Position numbers and translations under genes: made by a program | The notes under the pieces: model-generated | What the model was told of the DNA's origin: nothing | Seen by the model: the letters and a program-made list of their open reading frames with translations, nothing else | Database searches by the model: none | In this document: one piece after another, positions 50,421 to 64,000 of the stretch | How positions within the stretch are numbered: position 1 is the stretch's first letter | Layout of the letters: each line of letters opens with the position of its first letter | Assembly: GCF_018350175.1 (NCBI RefSeq) | Contig: NC_058368.1 | Coordinates: forward strand, 140,432,001-140,496,000 | DNA length: 64,000 nucleotides | Direction of reading: 5' to 3' | From: Felis catus | Taxonomy: Eukaryota

Positions 50421-51520
50421 TCTCTCAAGAGAGAAGAGACCAGCATGTATCTCAACAGCTCTGGCTTTCCCATCCCAGCTAAGATGAACACAGATAACCC
50501 TTGCTGTGCGACCAGAGTGGGAGAGGAAGAGTATTGAGGGTGTCCTGTGCTGTCGTGAGAATGATGGAGGAATGAAAACAGCTTCTGTAGAAAAAGTGAT
50601 AGTACATCAGCCAGGGTTGGGTACAAAGCCTGGGCAGTTTTTAGAACTTTAGTTGGCTCTTGAGTTTTTCTCATGGGGCCAGTCAGCATGTTCATGTGAA
50701 TTTTGCCAACAAAATGAGAGGACATGAGTGGGGCAACTGGGTTCAGGGATTGGCATGTTGGCTCTGAGAAAGTCAAAGGAACAGGAACCACTGGGTGAGC
50801 ATCGTTGACATTGGATGGCCTTGAGGTCCCATCTTGGTAAGGAAGCTCATGAAGCCAGGATGAAGTGGGGTACAGGGAGAGTCAAGGAACTGCCTATTAT
50901 GATGTGGATGAAGGGGAATACTTGTAAGAATGACAAGTGGAGAAGTGGGTAAATGAAAAGCTCTGGAGATTTGGAAGCCTAGATATTAAAGGTGAAGTAT
51001 TTCCGGATAGTTCAGGTCCAAGATGGAGCCTTTGTGTAGCTCAAGTGGAATGGAGGAGAAACCTTTCGATGAAGGAGGGAGTCTTCCAGCTGTGCTTTGG
51101 GTTTTTCCAAGGGCCTCCACCTTCTTGAAGCCACCAAGCAGAGATGAGAATGGGAGGAACACAGTGATTGTGGCAAGAAAAAATCTTGGAGGTCAGGAGA
51201 TGAGTGATGAGGTTAGGAAGTGAAACAGATGTGAGGTGGAGGCAGAGGTCTTGGAATAGAGGTGTTAGGGCCTGGCCTGGGCAAAAGTCAGTTCAGCTGT
51301 AATGGTGATAAATAACCCTTTCTTCCCTGGTTCTGTGAGTTAAGGAAATTTGGGAAGCAAACAGCCCTGGTTTGTGGGAAGTAGTATCACAAAGAAAAAG
51401 TCAGAATGCCATTAAGACAAGCAGGTGGGGAAAGTGTAAACAAAAAGTTGAGAATATAAGAGTATTACATTTTTAAAACAGGTCAAGAGTTCCAGAGGCA
51501 CATCAGAAGGAATTAGTAGA

Positions 51521-51743
51521 GGGGCGTCTGGGTGGCTCAGTGGGTTAAGCGTTCCGACTTCGGCCCAGGTCATGATCTCTCAGTTTGTGAGTTCAAGCTC
51601 CGCCTTAGGCCCTGTGCTGACAGCTTGGAGGCTGGAGCCTGCTTCGGATTCTGTGTCTCCCTCTCTCTCTGCCCCTCCCCCGCTCATGTTCTCTCTGTCT
51701 CTCTCTCTGTCAAAAATAAATAAACTTTAAAAAAAAAATTAAA
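51521..51743 (+). mobile_element. Can-SINE
   Basis: TSD aaggaattagtaga at 51507-51520 and 51744-51757. Confidence 0.94.
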
Positions 51744-52981
51744 AAGGAATTAGTAGATTGAGGGTATGTGTGGGAAGACTGCTCAGTAGGACTCAGTGAG
51801 ACAGATGAATGTATCCAAAAGTGTGCTTAAGGGTCAGCCCTCGTTTCAGACCTTCGTAGGAGACTAAAACCACTGCAAAAACAAGGTTAGATTGATTTGA
51901 CAATGGGCAGGCTCATTAGAGATCTTACATTACTAATTCATTACTAATTCATTAAAGTGACATACACTTGAAGCGAGTAACTTTAAAATCTTGTGACCCA
52001 GAGTAAAACAGGCTTGTATCATGCCCCCAGCTAGCCGTGTGATGATGTGTGCATGTGTGTCTAACTAAACAACAAAGATTCACAAAGCAACACTTCACCT
52101 TTAATACCTACAACACGCCCTGACATTTACTGCTCTGTCCTAATTCATTTTCTCCAAAAATGCTGGTCGTGACCCCTTGATTCATGACGGATGCAGGGTT
52201 CAGCCTGCTGCTGAACAGGCATGCATCTGCTATCTTAAGTCTCTGTGGTAATACGAGGCGCTGTTCCCTGGGCATCCTGTGGATGAAGAATATTCATTTG
52301 CTTTTGATCATAATTAGAGCTTATTGTATGATCAGGAAGAAGCCAGAAAGTCATGTTTAATCAAGGCTTTCGTACTTAAAATCTTTACTGGCTCTACACC
52401 ACCTACAGGACCGAACTGTACCTCCTTGTGTGTGTACCTCACACAAAGGGCCGCAATTGTCTGACCCTTATGATGACTTTCTGTGGTTAATCATTCCCTC
52501 TTTGTCCTTTTCCCACTGCACTTACTACAGTTTATGATAATTCTTAGTACATGTTGGCCTTTCCTAGCTATCAAGGAGCTCCTCAAGGTAGACCTTCTTC
52601 TCTCAGTACCTCCAGTGACTCACACACAGCCTGGCACAGAATGCATGTGGGTTGGTTTGGCTGAGCAAGTGCAGTGATCTCCGAAGTCCTGCCTGCAGTT
52701 TCTTGTCCAGTATGGCCTAGAGGGACCCTGTGAGGGGCACCAGTTCTCTCCATTCAATAGTTCTTGCTGATCATGGGTGATTTTCACTTCTGAATTGTGT
52801 GGGTCACTTTGGGGAACACAGATCAGCCAACTGCTTTGACATTTTATTGTGGAAATGGTGGTCCCAAAATGGTAGTACTCACATTCCATATATATTCTGT
52901 TACCCATGATATTCAGTGGTACCCGTGTCATGCCTCTTACAGTTTTGGATAGTGTAGGACTGGGTGCTGTTCACTTTTCTA

Positions 52982-53164
52982 TTTTTTAAAAAAATTTTTA
53001 AAAGTATTTATTTTGAGAGAATGCAAGTGGGGGAGGGGCAGAGAGGGAGAGAAAGAGAATCCCAAGCAGGCTTCACACTGGCGGAGGGCTCAAACTCACA
53101 AACCCCAAGATCATGACCTGATCTGAAGTCAGACGCTTAACTGACTGAGCCACCCAGGTGCCCC
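52982..53164 (-). mobile_element. Can-SINE
   Basis: gaatcccaagcaggc…gagccacccaggtgcccc. Confidence 0.9.
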
Positions 53165-53460
53165 ATCTTTCCATTTTAGTGGGGCACTTTGGTGGCTGCT
53201 CTGTGTCTATGGCCTAATGGGATAGGAATTCTAAAGGACCTCTGTGTAGATAGAACTGCCCACCCCTGATGATGCATTTTGCACAATAAGTTGAAATAGG
53301 CTTTTTGTGGATCAGAACTGCCTACGGTCTAACATATATCAGTAAGATATATTTAAGGATGGATTAGCAAAGGTTCAGCAGACTGAAATGATAAATGCAG
53401 ATGCACAGAAGTCCAGTGGCTAAGTCAGACAAAACTAAATTCGTTTATGTGATATAGACC

Positions 53461-53493
53461 TGTGTGTGTGTGTGTGTATGTGTATGTGTGTGT
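53461..53493. repeat. (TG)n microsatellite, imperfect
   Basis: tgtgtgtgtgtgtgtgtatgtgtatgtgtgtgt. Confidence 0.9.
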
Positions 53494-53629
53494 CTTTTGA
53501 GAAACACACAAAAACGGTAGATGGCATATTATTTTCTTGTTCCTGATATGCCTCCCAGGCTGGATATAGACAGAACAAAGGGAAAGTAGGCTCGGTTGGG
53601 GATGGGGGGGAGGGGGTCAGGCAGGAGTG

Positions 53630-53865
53630 ACCTGGTTTCTAGTAGCCACATGAACAAATCAACAGAAACAAGTGCAGATAATTTTAATAAATTCTGTTTA
53701 CTCAAGTATATCCTTTAAAATATCCTTTCAATATATAATCATTGTATAAAACTATTGAGATGTGATACTGTCTTTTCTCCTCCAGCACAACTCAATTCAG
53801 ATTAGCTGCGCTTGAAGTGTTTAATAGCCAAGGGACTAGGGGTGACCACATAGGTCAGCACAGGC
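53630..53865. mobile_element. hAT-Charlie MITE (MER3/MER33-like)
   Basis: tagccacat…ataattttaataaa…caagtatatcc…gcacaactcaattcagattagc…ttaatagcca. Confidence 0.6.
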
Positions 53866-56800
53866 CCTACATGCTTGATGCTTTAGTCTATGCGGGGGCC
53901 TCTCAGGAACCTCTGACCATGCCAAGCAAACATGAGAAAAGGTACAGAGATAGATGTGTGTTGTGTACATTGGAAGCAAAGTAAACCTTTAAGAGAAGAG
54001 AAATGGAGAATTCACCGGTGAGGTGAACTTGAGTTTTTCTTCTCTCTTAATTTCCAGCCCACATTCACATTTAGAACAGAAATGAACTTGCCAAGATTCT
54101 TAAGGAAATAGTAAGTGATTGGCAGTGCCTTCCCCTTTTCTACTTCACTGTGTTCAGGGGTGAGTGGATGGATGATACCCCTGCATCTTTGCAGAAGAGG
54201 TGGTGTTGGAGGGCTGGGGGTTACAGCCAGTTCATCCTCTGCCTCTGATGGTTTCTCGCTTCACTCATGCAGTTCAGCAACCAAAATGGACGCTGATAAG
54301 GTGGTGATCAGGAAGTCACCTACCGACCAGCAGCCAAATGCATGTCGTCAAATCCACGTCGCTTTTACCTTTTTCTCTTCCTTAATAAAGGTCTAATTAA
54401 TGATGGACTATGACACAATTGGCCATCTTATCTTGAAGCATAATGGAGTTAAATTAAGACGTATCTACAATGCTTGATTTTTACAAAGGTGATGATGGAA
54501 AGAGAGGAGGTGGATAGTACAGACATGGGAAGGAAGTTGGCCCAATATCGACATTTTAATTCCCGGGACTAAAAACAAAAGTGTCTACTGTTTTATAAAG
54601 GCCAAGAAGGATGCTTTTTCTACCTAGGCAGACATTCTCTAAATTTTATTCATAGGACAGTCCCTTGTGTAAAGCTGCAGAAACAATAGAAAATACAGCT
54701 TCTTTGTTATCAGAGAAGCATTATCTAAATAAAATTAGCAGATTCAATGTTCTGATTTGGCCTTGACTGAAAGTCAGGTGCAGAGGCGACATGCTGATTT
54801 TGTTGTTCTTAGCGAACGAACTATAGTTGATTTCTTTTCCCTAGTTCTGGCTGCGTTACTATTTGAGTGACCTTGAGCAAAGCACAATGTCAGTGTCTCA
54901 GCCTTCTTAGTTATTAGACATGTCCAGGAATACCTTTCACACCTCCCTCCTTAACGTTACCTTGTGATAAGCAGGCTGAGAGTTGAGTAGTACACTGGTG
55001 TATATCATAAAAAGTTGAAACATGAGATAAAATGCCTCTTAAACTCCACTGTTGATTAGAAAAACATTTTCAGTGGTCGGAACAGCTGCGAATCAGGCAT
55101 CCCACCTTAATTAGAGTCAAAGAATGTGTGCCTTCAGCTGCTTTTGATTGATTCTGTTTGCACATTTACTTCCTGTATAGCAGAAATACAGGTGGAGTCG
55201 GTTTACACAGGGAAGAATGAGCACGCCTGAACAACCCAGAAGGGGAATCTTCTTTCTGTAAACAGTATATTCAGTACCAGATACAGGCCCCTCTTTCATA
55301 CCATGAGGAGACTAGGAAATTGCTTTTTAAACCGGGAAACACACACATGGATTAATGATACCTTTCCATGGTAGAGCATCCATTGAGGAAAAACTTTGAC
55401 CAATGTTGGCATAGAAAATCCAGCTTGTCAATGTAACTCTTACTGAATAGGTCACCATCTCTTGTAGGCAGAAAAATAGGGTGGTTAAAAACCACCCTTT
55501 GTCCTCTCACCTTGAGCAGGCCTGGAAGTCAGTCCCTGGCTGTTAGAGGTGACTCGGGCAGCAGGCAAATTGGATTTCTTTGAGGCAGGTGCAGACAGCA
55601 CTACAGGACAGCACGTTTTCTGAAATAAACCTGAAATCAAGCTCATTTGGGCTCACCTCAGCAACCCTGCTACCTTACAAGTTGAGAGTACACTTGTTCT
55701 CCCCAAGTTCCATTCTTACTTGTGTCCCCTTAGGCTCAGCCCGACGCCTCTTCTCTCTACCCCTGCCCCCACCCAACCAGTCAGGCACAGCTGAGAGTTT
55801 GGGTGGAGGACTCCTGATAGACAACTCCTTAGCTGCTCCAAGGCCTGCGAGGAGTTGCCACAGAATGGGCAAAAATCAAAGCTTTTCCTTCCTTCTGTGA
55901 AACCTTCTACAATTATTAAATTAGTAGGGGGCTGCAGTGTGAGTATCAGGGAGAGGCCTGCCTGACTTTGGGATATGAGGAGTGGAAGTTTTTTGAGGGT
56001 AGAGACCATCATTGATGATAGTTTCTTCTGTTGCTCTGCAGGACATGTTTTCCAGCAGGTTCTTTTAAAAGGTGTGGTCGCTAAAGTGACTTCCAGCGTG
56101 GGCCCCAGATGTTCCATTGGATGGGCCCTGATTTAAAACCTAAATTTAAGTTAAGCCCAAAAGAAAGAGCAAACTGAAACTTCAAAGAACCCAAAATACA
56201 GCATGTAATTTTATGTGCTATAAAGGCTTATGGGGGTGCTTCGTCCAAGTGCCAACATCATCTTTGGTTTATAGGAATAATCTAGTCCAGCTGTCATTAC
56301 AGATGTGGGAGGGGCAGGTTGTGACAGGTGGCTCTAGAAACCCTGTCAGATGGGGAGGAGTGTCTAGAATGCCAGCTGGCTTCTGTCCATCTTCTAGATG
56401 TTCCCCTTCCCAAACCTGAGTGCTGCATTCTCATTTTTTTCTGGGTTGTTCCCCAGTCTCGCTGGTAGACATCAGAATATGGAGTGAGCTCTCCTCTCCA
56501 CCTTGTGAAGCAGTGGCTCAATGCATCAGGCTCATCAAGTGTTTTTAATTCTTTAAAGTGTTTTCTCCATCTCTGCTTTCCTTTTAGCATTGCAAGGTTA
56601 GGGTTGCTGATGGGCAGAAGCAAGACAACTGATTTTCAGAGCTCAGAGCAGAATCCAGTTCTCTGGATGATCATGCTTCCTCTGTAACTATCTTTGTGTG
56701 GAATGTTCTGAATCTTTTGATATGTCAAGATTGATTAAATAACACGCAGACATGTACAGCAAAACACTGTTTGCAATAGCTTTGAAATACTGTTACATTA

Positions 56801-57674
56801 GCGGTAAGTTCTGATGGACGTGTGGTAAGGAAAGAATTTTTCTTTGCTACCTTTTAACTGCAATAGGGAATAAACAAATCTGAGTTTTCCTTGTTTCGTT
56901 TTGTTTTAGTGAAAACTACCTCGTTTTGCATTTGCGTGGGTGTTCTCTAAAGTCCTGCTGTTTGGCATTTTTATAGAAATGACTTTCTGTGTAATACAGG
57001 CACCCATTGGGAGTCAAAAATCCATGTGGTCGTAGGAAAAAGGTCCAATCTGGGCATAAGAGCACGCTGGGCATATAGTGTCTCCTGATCCTCCCTAACT
57101 GGTGCTTCATGTGCTTTGTGCCCTGGGCGAGGCTCCAGTGAGAAAACAGGTGGATGCTATCAGGCACAGCCTGGTCTCTTTTGCTTCTGGAAGGGAGTGG
57201 GAGTTGACATATTTCAAGTACATTTTAACCTTGAGTCTTAATTTTGAGTTTCTCACAGATTTTCAGTGACTTCCGCAGGAAACATACTTTTACTGGTTTT
57301 AATATTTGGTAGCATAATGTTTTTGTTGAACACTTAGTCCTTGATGTTTAGATTCACCTTTTTCTCCTTGTAAAAAAAAAAATCCTACCAAGGCCAAATT
57401 ATCTAGAGTCGCTATGGTAACTTTGGAGAAATTGAGAAAGCATGCTAATGCAAAGACCAATATGCTTGACTGCATTTAAAATGTGGAGGAAGCATAGCTT
57501 TGGTATACACATAAGCTGAATCTTCCTGGAAAAAGTTGAAAAGGACTAAAAGATTGGTGGCTTGAATAGCTTTTCATGGAAATTTTAGCCATCATTTTTG
57601 TTACTAATGACTTGAGCATCTTTTATTCCACATGTTGGAGTTTCCTTGCTCTAGCCATCTTTTGAAAAAAATAA

Positions 57675-57870
57675 AATATTTAAGTTTATTTATTTTGAGA
57701 GAGACAGAGACAGTGCAAGTGGGAGAGGGGCAGAGAAAGAGGGAGAGAGAGAGAATCCCGAATGGGCTCCGTGTTGCCAGCGTAGAGCCTGACACACGAA
57801 ACCGCGAGATCTTGACCTGAGCCAAAACCAAGAGTCAGACGCTTAACCGCCTGAGCCACCCAGGCACTCC
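57675..57870 (-). mobile_element. Can-SINE
   Basis: aagtttatttattttgagagag…ccaagagtcagacgcttaaccgcctgagccacccaggcac. Confidence 0.9.
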
Positions 57871-60139
57871 TGAAAACAATAAATCTTAATTGGTTACAAC
57901 CTGTACAAGAATAGTATCAGTTTAGATTGATCTGCAAGACAGTGATTTAAAATTTTGCCCAATTTGTTTCCCTCTTCCCCCCAGTATGATTTTATCCATA
58001 GAAGATTAGCTTCTGATTTTAGTTATAATTCAGTCTTACATTAATATACTGCTTTACGTTGAAATCAACTCATATTTCCCCCTGAAATACAAATTTCATC
58101 AGTTTTAGCCCCTCTGGCACAACTATGAGCATATTAGATGCTTCTGTTTGTCTGTGACTAAGTATTACTGAACACCTATCAATTAATTAGGGAGAAGTTT
58201 CCTAAATATTTTCCTGGATCCTTTGCCAACTATCTGGAATTTTGATGTATTATTGGTCTTGGCAGCACAAAAGAGTATTACAATTCGATTAAAAAAAAAA
58301 ACAGACATTCTCTTAGATTGAGTGATATCACACGCTCAAAAGTGACAACCATTTAAAGGAAGGTGGTGACAGATTTGAATGTTGTATAAAAGATGACTGA
58401 ATTTAAACTTTCTCCAGAATAATACACTATTTTGCCCCTGTTGCCACTCTTGATTACTTTTCCTTCTCATACCTGTCCCAAGCACAATTTTCTACCTGTC
58501 AGGTTGGTAATCATTTAACCTCTAAACTCGCTGGAATATAAGATGTTTAATTTTTTTAGTTACTAGCATTTATCTTAACTGAGTGCTTACTCCATGCCAA
58601 ATGCAGTTCTCGGCTCTGTGAACACAGTAGTGCTATTTTTACTCCGTGTGATGTGTGTGCGTGTGCGCATTGGTATTTAGTATTGTCAGCTTGAAGGCTG
58701 AGAGTTTGTATCACTCTAAGACAAAAGTATTGCTTTTTAATATCCTTTATTGAGGTGGTTGTTGGCTTAGATACGGGTATGTAAATCTGAAATTGAGGAT
58801 GTTGTAAACTGGCTGCTGAAGGAGTAGAAGGGCTAGGTTCCTTCATGTGACAGTTTCTGTCCTCCCACTTGGCCATCGCAACCCCAGCCCTGGTGGAGGG
58901 GGGTGGGGGAGGGGGCACGTGGAGTTCTAGGGCAGCTGGGTGCACCTTCCTGTGATGGGGTTGGAGAGTGGAGGGCGAGGTCTTTTCTTTCTGTCGTGTC
59001 AAAATAATCTCATGTTCTTAAGCAGTACTTGATAGGAGATTGCAGACCAGCCAAGGGGAAGTTGGGCAAAAATCCTGATCTCCTTCTCTGTAATTTTGTT
59101 AAGGTAAGCCAAGAGATCAAGAAGCAGCTTAAAATGGATCAGGTGAGGAGGACATTTTTAGAATAATGGACATTATGCAGATACAGTAGTATGTACCTGT
59201 GATGGCTGGACATACAGAAGCTATTCTGGCTACGAAGTATGGTCATTCTGAGTAGCATCATGCTCATCTAAAATCTAGAGTACTGCCTCAACCTGGCTGT
59301 GCCACCTTGCCCCGGGCCAGATTTGGGGCTTTGCTGTAAACAACACAGGTGGCCCACACTTGTGGCTCTCGCAATAAACAATTGACCAGGTTATTTCATT
59401 GATGGGAAGGTTGAGGGTGCTAAGTTCGCATATGGCAGGGAGACCTAAACTAGTCAGAAGACGAACAAGAATAGTAAGCTTTCATTGAAAAGTATGTGTT
59501 TCTGAAATCAAACTACTAGTTGGTGGTTTAAAAGTCAATAATTGTAAGGTTTAAATACAGAGGATATCTGCTAGCCTGTAAGATACTCATTAGTAACCCA
59601 CTGACATGCATAGTTAGTCTTCCTTACAGCTGGCGTCCTTATAAAGGAAAGACAAAGTCTGGTTATTTGTAATAATTGGGGGTTTTAAGAAGCCTTATGG
59701 TTCATTTATTCCTAAGAGAACCTTGCGAGGTAATACAACTGATTCTTGAATTATTTTATGTTATTAAAAGAGAGATCACTTCCCCACCATTGGTTTATAT
59801 GCCTAATTTTGTTCTCTGTTAAAGTATTACCAATCCAGCCTCCTGATATCAAATAGGTCGATTGAAATAGTAGTCAGCTGGATGTACAGACATAAGAGTT
59901 GTCTTCTGCTATCCCTGGGTGTTCACCTTTGCTTGGTGGCTGATCTATAAAGTAAGCATAAAATTTGCCCCTAGAGGTATTGGGAAGGTAAAGGAAGAAT
60001 TTGGGGAAAATGTGGGTCAGTGATGAGAATAAGTTTACAATCAGTTCTTAAATTGCACTGCGTATCTGTTAGGTGAATTTGACTTTTAACTGTTAAAAAA
60101 AATTTTTTTTGATTAACAGTTCTAAATGATCGTATGAGT

Positions 60140-60350
60140 ATGCAGTTGACTGAGGAATGGCTTCTAAAGATATTAGGTCCAAAATCCTAGAACTTATAAA
60201 TGTTAACTTATTCAGAAAGAAAGTCTCCACAGATGTGATTAAGGATCTTGACATGGGAGAGTTTCCTGGACAATCTGGGTGGGCCACAACTGCAATCCTA
60301 AGTATCCTATAAGGAAAACAAGAAAGGCAGCCGTCTACACAGGAGGGAAC
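60140..60350 (+). mobile_element. MLT1 LTR 5' fragment
   Basis: aatcctagaacttataaatgttaacttattcagaaag…cagatgtgattaaggatcttgacatgggagag…ctgggtgggcc. Confidence 0.75.
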
Positions 60351-60754
60351 TTGAGTGATGTGGTCACAGTAAGCTTAGGTACTCATAGTTCCCTCTTTTT
60401 TTTTTTTAAGGAATTAAATTTCTTGGCTTCTAGCTGTCATTTCAGGATTGTTCGCCATGTGTGTGGGCGCAGAATGGGAAGCGCGTGGACTGAGGTCACA
60501 GGGCATGTTTGCTAGACATTGTGTTCTCCTGTCTGTCCTGGTGAAGAGGGGGTGGGTAACACCTCCCCTCAAGAACAGAAAGCCCAAAGCTGAACTGAAA
60601 CAGTGATTTAGAAAACACAGGTGTCCAGTGCTTTCAGAATTCAAAATGATGGACCCATCCTGAGAAGTCCTGAGTTGGGATGGGGGAAGAAGCTATATTA
60701 GGCCCAAGCTAGAAAGGAGTTGTGGGCTCTGTGGAGTTGCAACAAGGCACAAGC

Positions 60755-60955
60755 CTGACCTCCCGTCTGTGGGTTTCCCTTCTCTAGCCATGTGACCTTG
60801 AATGATTATGAACCTCTTCTCAGTGTTCTCCTAATGAAGGAATTATTCGCACGTCATCGGATGGTTGTGGGACTAGAAGTAATAGTGGATATAGAAGCTG
60901 TTTTAGCAGTTTGCACACAGTTTCCTTGGGAACTGGGTGTCCAGTGCTTATTACT
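60755..60955 (+). mobile_element. MIR remnant
   Basis: tagccatgtgaccttgaatga…aacctctt…ggttgtgggac…gcacacagtttc. Confidence 0.55.
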
Positions 60956-61907
60956 TGCTAATCCCCACTTAAATTATTATAAATGTGAGAGGAATGAGAA
61001 ATTCTTGTTAGTAATTAGTGTAGTATTCAGCATCTAATTATTTATGACACTTGCTTCTTGTGTCTATTAATCATAGTTAAGGTCAAACCTTTATTCTTGT
61101 ATAGACTATGCTCTTTAAGAATTACCAAGTAATAAACTCAGGGAACAAAGCAATCTATAATAAACACCTATATTTTAACTTTGGTCTAAAGTCAGAGGGT
61201 AGAATTTAACTTAATAATCGCCCTACAAAAGATTCTTTGGTTCTAAATAACTAAAGGTCAGCTTTCTGAAATAAAATTCTTCTGGCCTGAACATATCCCA
61301 GTGTAAGGAAGGGGAAGAGAAACTGATATTCAATAATTCACCTTTCTAGAGTCTATCCTGTTGGTAGAAGTCATCTTTGCAAACGTGTGATAAGGTTGTT
61401 TCATTAAGGGAAGCATAAAGGTACAAGGTACATGTGGCCTCAGAGGAAGGGGTCGTGTGTTTGCCCTTTCCCTGTAACCCCAGACTAATCCACAGCCTAT
61501 CTTAGGCAGATTATCCATCTGTTAGCTTCAAAATCAGAGGCAAAAGTCTTTGCTTCCACCTTCTCCTTGTGTGTGGGTTTGGGAACGGACAGATAAAGCT
61601 AATAGATACCACATACCTTGAAAGGCCAGGCACCAGCTAGGTTTTTATGTCTGTTGTTACAGCCAGTTCCATAGCAGTCCTGTGATGTAGGCATTGCTCC
61701 CCACTTCAGTCAGGAAACCAGTGATAAGAGGTTCTGTAATCTTTTAAGGTCCCATGACTGGAAGCAAATGGACAAAAGACTGAAAAAGACCTCCAGGTGT
61801 GTGAGGTCAAGCTCCCATCCTAGCTCTTCAACTGTGTCCTAAATACTTCTTCAGCTTGGGCCTGACAGAACTTCGCTTCCCCCTACCCCCTTGTAGGGGC
61901 CAACTTG

Positions 61908-61933
61908 CAAACAAACAAACAAACAAACAAAAA
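61908..61933. repeat. (CAAA)n microsatellite
   Basis: caaacaaacaaacaaacaaacaaaaa. Confidence 0.9.
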
Positions 61934-62633
61934 CCCCTCATTTTACCAGTTGGACATGTCGATAGGATGTTCTGGAGAAGGTACACCTGGTGGGAGCAGA
62001 AAGTCTCCTTCATTCCAGACAGAACCCACAGTCCTTGCAGGAAGTGGCTCCTGTTTCTGTGTTCCCTGGTTTCAACCACATGGTTTTTGACTTGTAGACG
62101 TCGCTCTTCTGTTTTCTGCCACTCGTCACGTCATGAAGTAACTTTTTGTAGGAAAGCATCATTGCCCGTTAAGTATTCTGAAAAGAAAGGGTTGAGCCCA
62201 TTAGAGGTTGCATTAAGCTATTATCTTCATGAGGATTATTTCTGACTCCCCTTTCTTACTTATCACCCCCACTCCCATTCACACACGCAGTCCTCGTAAA
62301 CTCCTCACATCCACACACTCCGCACGTCACCACCCACCTTCAAGATGAGTCACTTCAAAATCAGACTTTGTTAACCTGGCTGCAAGGAGATTTCTTAGCT
62401 CTTCCCATATGTGTGGAGAGAGCTCCGTTGGCAATCTCCCATCCTAGTTCAAATACATGCCTCAAACTTAAGTGTGCTAGTTGGAAATAACACTTCGCCT
62501 TAAGCAGTATTGTTCACTGAAACGTAAATTGCCTTGTACCCATTCTCATTCTTGCAGAAATCCTGGGAAGAAAATAGATTTTATGTTGCAAGTATTAAAG
62601 AAAAATCCTTTCTCTGCATCTCTCTCTCTCTCT

Positions 62634-62830
62634 TTTTTTTTTTTAAGTTTATTTATTTATTTAGAGACCGGGGGAGGGGGAGAGATGTAGAGGGAGAAGA
62701 GAATCCCAAGCAGACTCTGTACTGGCAGCCCAGACCCTGATGTGGGGTAGGAACTCAGGAACCCTGAGATCATGACCTGACCTAAAATCAAGAGTCCAAC
62801 GCTTAACCAACTAAACCACCCAGCTGCCCC
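62634..62830 (-). mobile_element. Can-SINE (older)
   Basis: aagtttatttatttattt…gagatcatgacctga…aaccacccagctgcccc. Confidence 0.88.
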
Positions 62831-63541
62831 TTATATCTCTTTTTTAAACAGATAACAAGACTGTAGATGACTGATTTAGGCAACTCTGGTCCACTATAGA
62901 GGTTTTTATATCTAACAGCAATAAAAAAAAAAAAACATTCTCAGGAATTTTACCATTATGGGATTGTTAGCACTTTGGGGGAGGAGAGATAACTTTGGTC
63001 TTAATTCCTGAATTAAGAAGCTGCCATCACCCTGAAGGCCAATTTTCTTTTCAACTATTCCTTTACTCACCTGTGAGCTATGTTAAAGCATTTATCAAAT
63101 AGTCTTTTAAATGTAAAAATAAAATGCAGTAGGATTGAATGTCCTGCGTTTGGAGTGCTTTTAGAGAGCATTGGGATTTGTAAGGGGTGAGATATACATG
63201 GGGAGAATGAAAGATTCAGTAATAACTGAATAAGACCTCACAGTACCACTCACGTACAAAAATATGGCCTAAAGCATAATAGAGCCTATAAGATGAAAGC
63301 AATTTTGTTGTTATTGTTATAATAGCCAACAGGCATTCTGTATGTTTTAGGTCCTTTCAAAATCTTCCTTTTGAATACCACTTTATTCCTCTTGTGACTT
63401 TGAAACATGGCCATTTCATTTTTAAAATGGTATTGAATCTGCGTGGCAGAATACATTGAAGACGCACGAATTACATTCGGAAGGCTTCAGGACCAAGGGG
63501 CTGAACAGCCTTGAGCATTTTGCTTTAAATATGTGAGCTTA

Positions 63542-63701
63542 GGGGTTGTGGGAGGGGGAATGGGCTAAATGCGGAAAGGGCGTTAAGGAATCTACTCCCG
63601 AAATCTTTGTTGCACTATATGCTAACTAACTTGGATATAAATTTAAAAAATAAATAAGAAAAAAAGAAGAAAATTAAAAAGAGAAAAGAAAAAAAAAAAA
63701 A
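63542..63701 (+). mobile_element. Very short felid L1 3' terminus with long A-rich tail
   Basis: ggttgtgggagggggaatgggctaaatg…ttgcactatatgctaactaacttggat is the reverse complement of the L1 end at about 47725-47830. Confidence 0.88.
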
Positions 63702-64000
63702 GGTATATTCCTTAACACCCCTGAAAGGAAAGTTCAGTAAAAGGAATGTAGTAGCATTTGAGATTTTTATCTTGTATGATTTTAAGACCTTGCGTTCATC
63801 ACAATTTTAATGGCATTATCACATGTCTATCTAGTAGCAGTGAGTGTGATGTGAGTAGTATGTGCTTTTAAAATGGCCTCGCTTCCTCTGCTTCCACAAA
63901 GTTTGCTTTCTTTCTCATACATTGTCCTTGGTGAGTTTTATGTCCTATTTGAATAGACCCCAGGAGACCCATGTTGTTGCCTGCTGCTCTTTCGAATGGC

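Larger units (their letters stand above)
34823..64000 (+). other. IQGAP2: IQGAP2 intron 2 (5' portion)
   Basis: Follows the GT donor. The next expected exon (…WMEVCLVEELPPTTELEEGLRNG…) was not seen in the window. Confidence 0.8.

Noticed and set aside
50430..51480. Purine-rich kilobase, possibly ancient antisense L2 or another LINE
   Set aside because: Too diverged to assign by eye.
51928..51954. 11-nt tandem duplication cattactaatt
   Set aside because: Ordinary slippage event; nothing else supports significance.
51960..52220. Possible hAT-Charlie MER remnant (aaaatgctggtcgtgacccc…)
   Set aside because: Only a short motif was recognised; the family and boundaries could not be supported.
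56350..56412. Imperfect hairpin ggggaggagtgtctagaa…ttctagatgttccccttccc
   Set aside because: The core depends on a palindromic tctaga and many G-U pairs; not enough for a miRNA or ncRNA call.
245..62740. ORF-track ORFs of 60-165 aa
   Set aside because: Many are translations of SINEs (GAWVAQSV…, FEPRVGLCAD…) or degenerate L1, and the rest show no recognisable domains. They are expected by chance in intronic mammalian DNA, and many use non-ATG starts.
1..64000. Search for nested genes, processed pseudogenes, numts or non-retroviral endogenous viral elements
   Set aside because: None recognised by eye on either strand; a tblastx or nhmmer search would be needed to exclude diverged ones.

Overview
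This is mammalian, almost certainly felid (cat family), genomic DNA: it is dense with Can-SINEs of the SINEC_Fc type, carnivore L1 3' ends and older eutherian MIR/L2/MLT/MER repeats. The only coding sequence I can support is one 100-nt internal exon on the + strand (34723-34822, flanked by AG/GT). It translates to (S)IVDDERLSAEEMDERRRQNIAYEYLCHLEEAK(R), which I recognise as IQGAP2 exon 2, so the window is the 3' part of intron 1 and the 5' part of intron 2. The ORF-track entries look like chance or repeat-derived frames. I found no convincing new biological system. The features most worth a second look are small genome-evolution scars: a double snap-back hairpin templated insertion (26745-26826), an exact 35-bp dispersed duplicate 1030 bp apart, SINE-in-SINE and L1-in-L1 nests, very young SINEs with perfect TSDs, and a CpG-rich intronic patch with an NRF1-like motif. 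Repeat subfamily names come from memory of consensus sequences, and the boundaries of old repeats are approximate.
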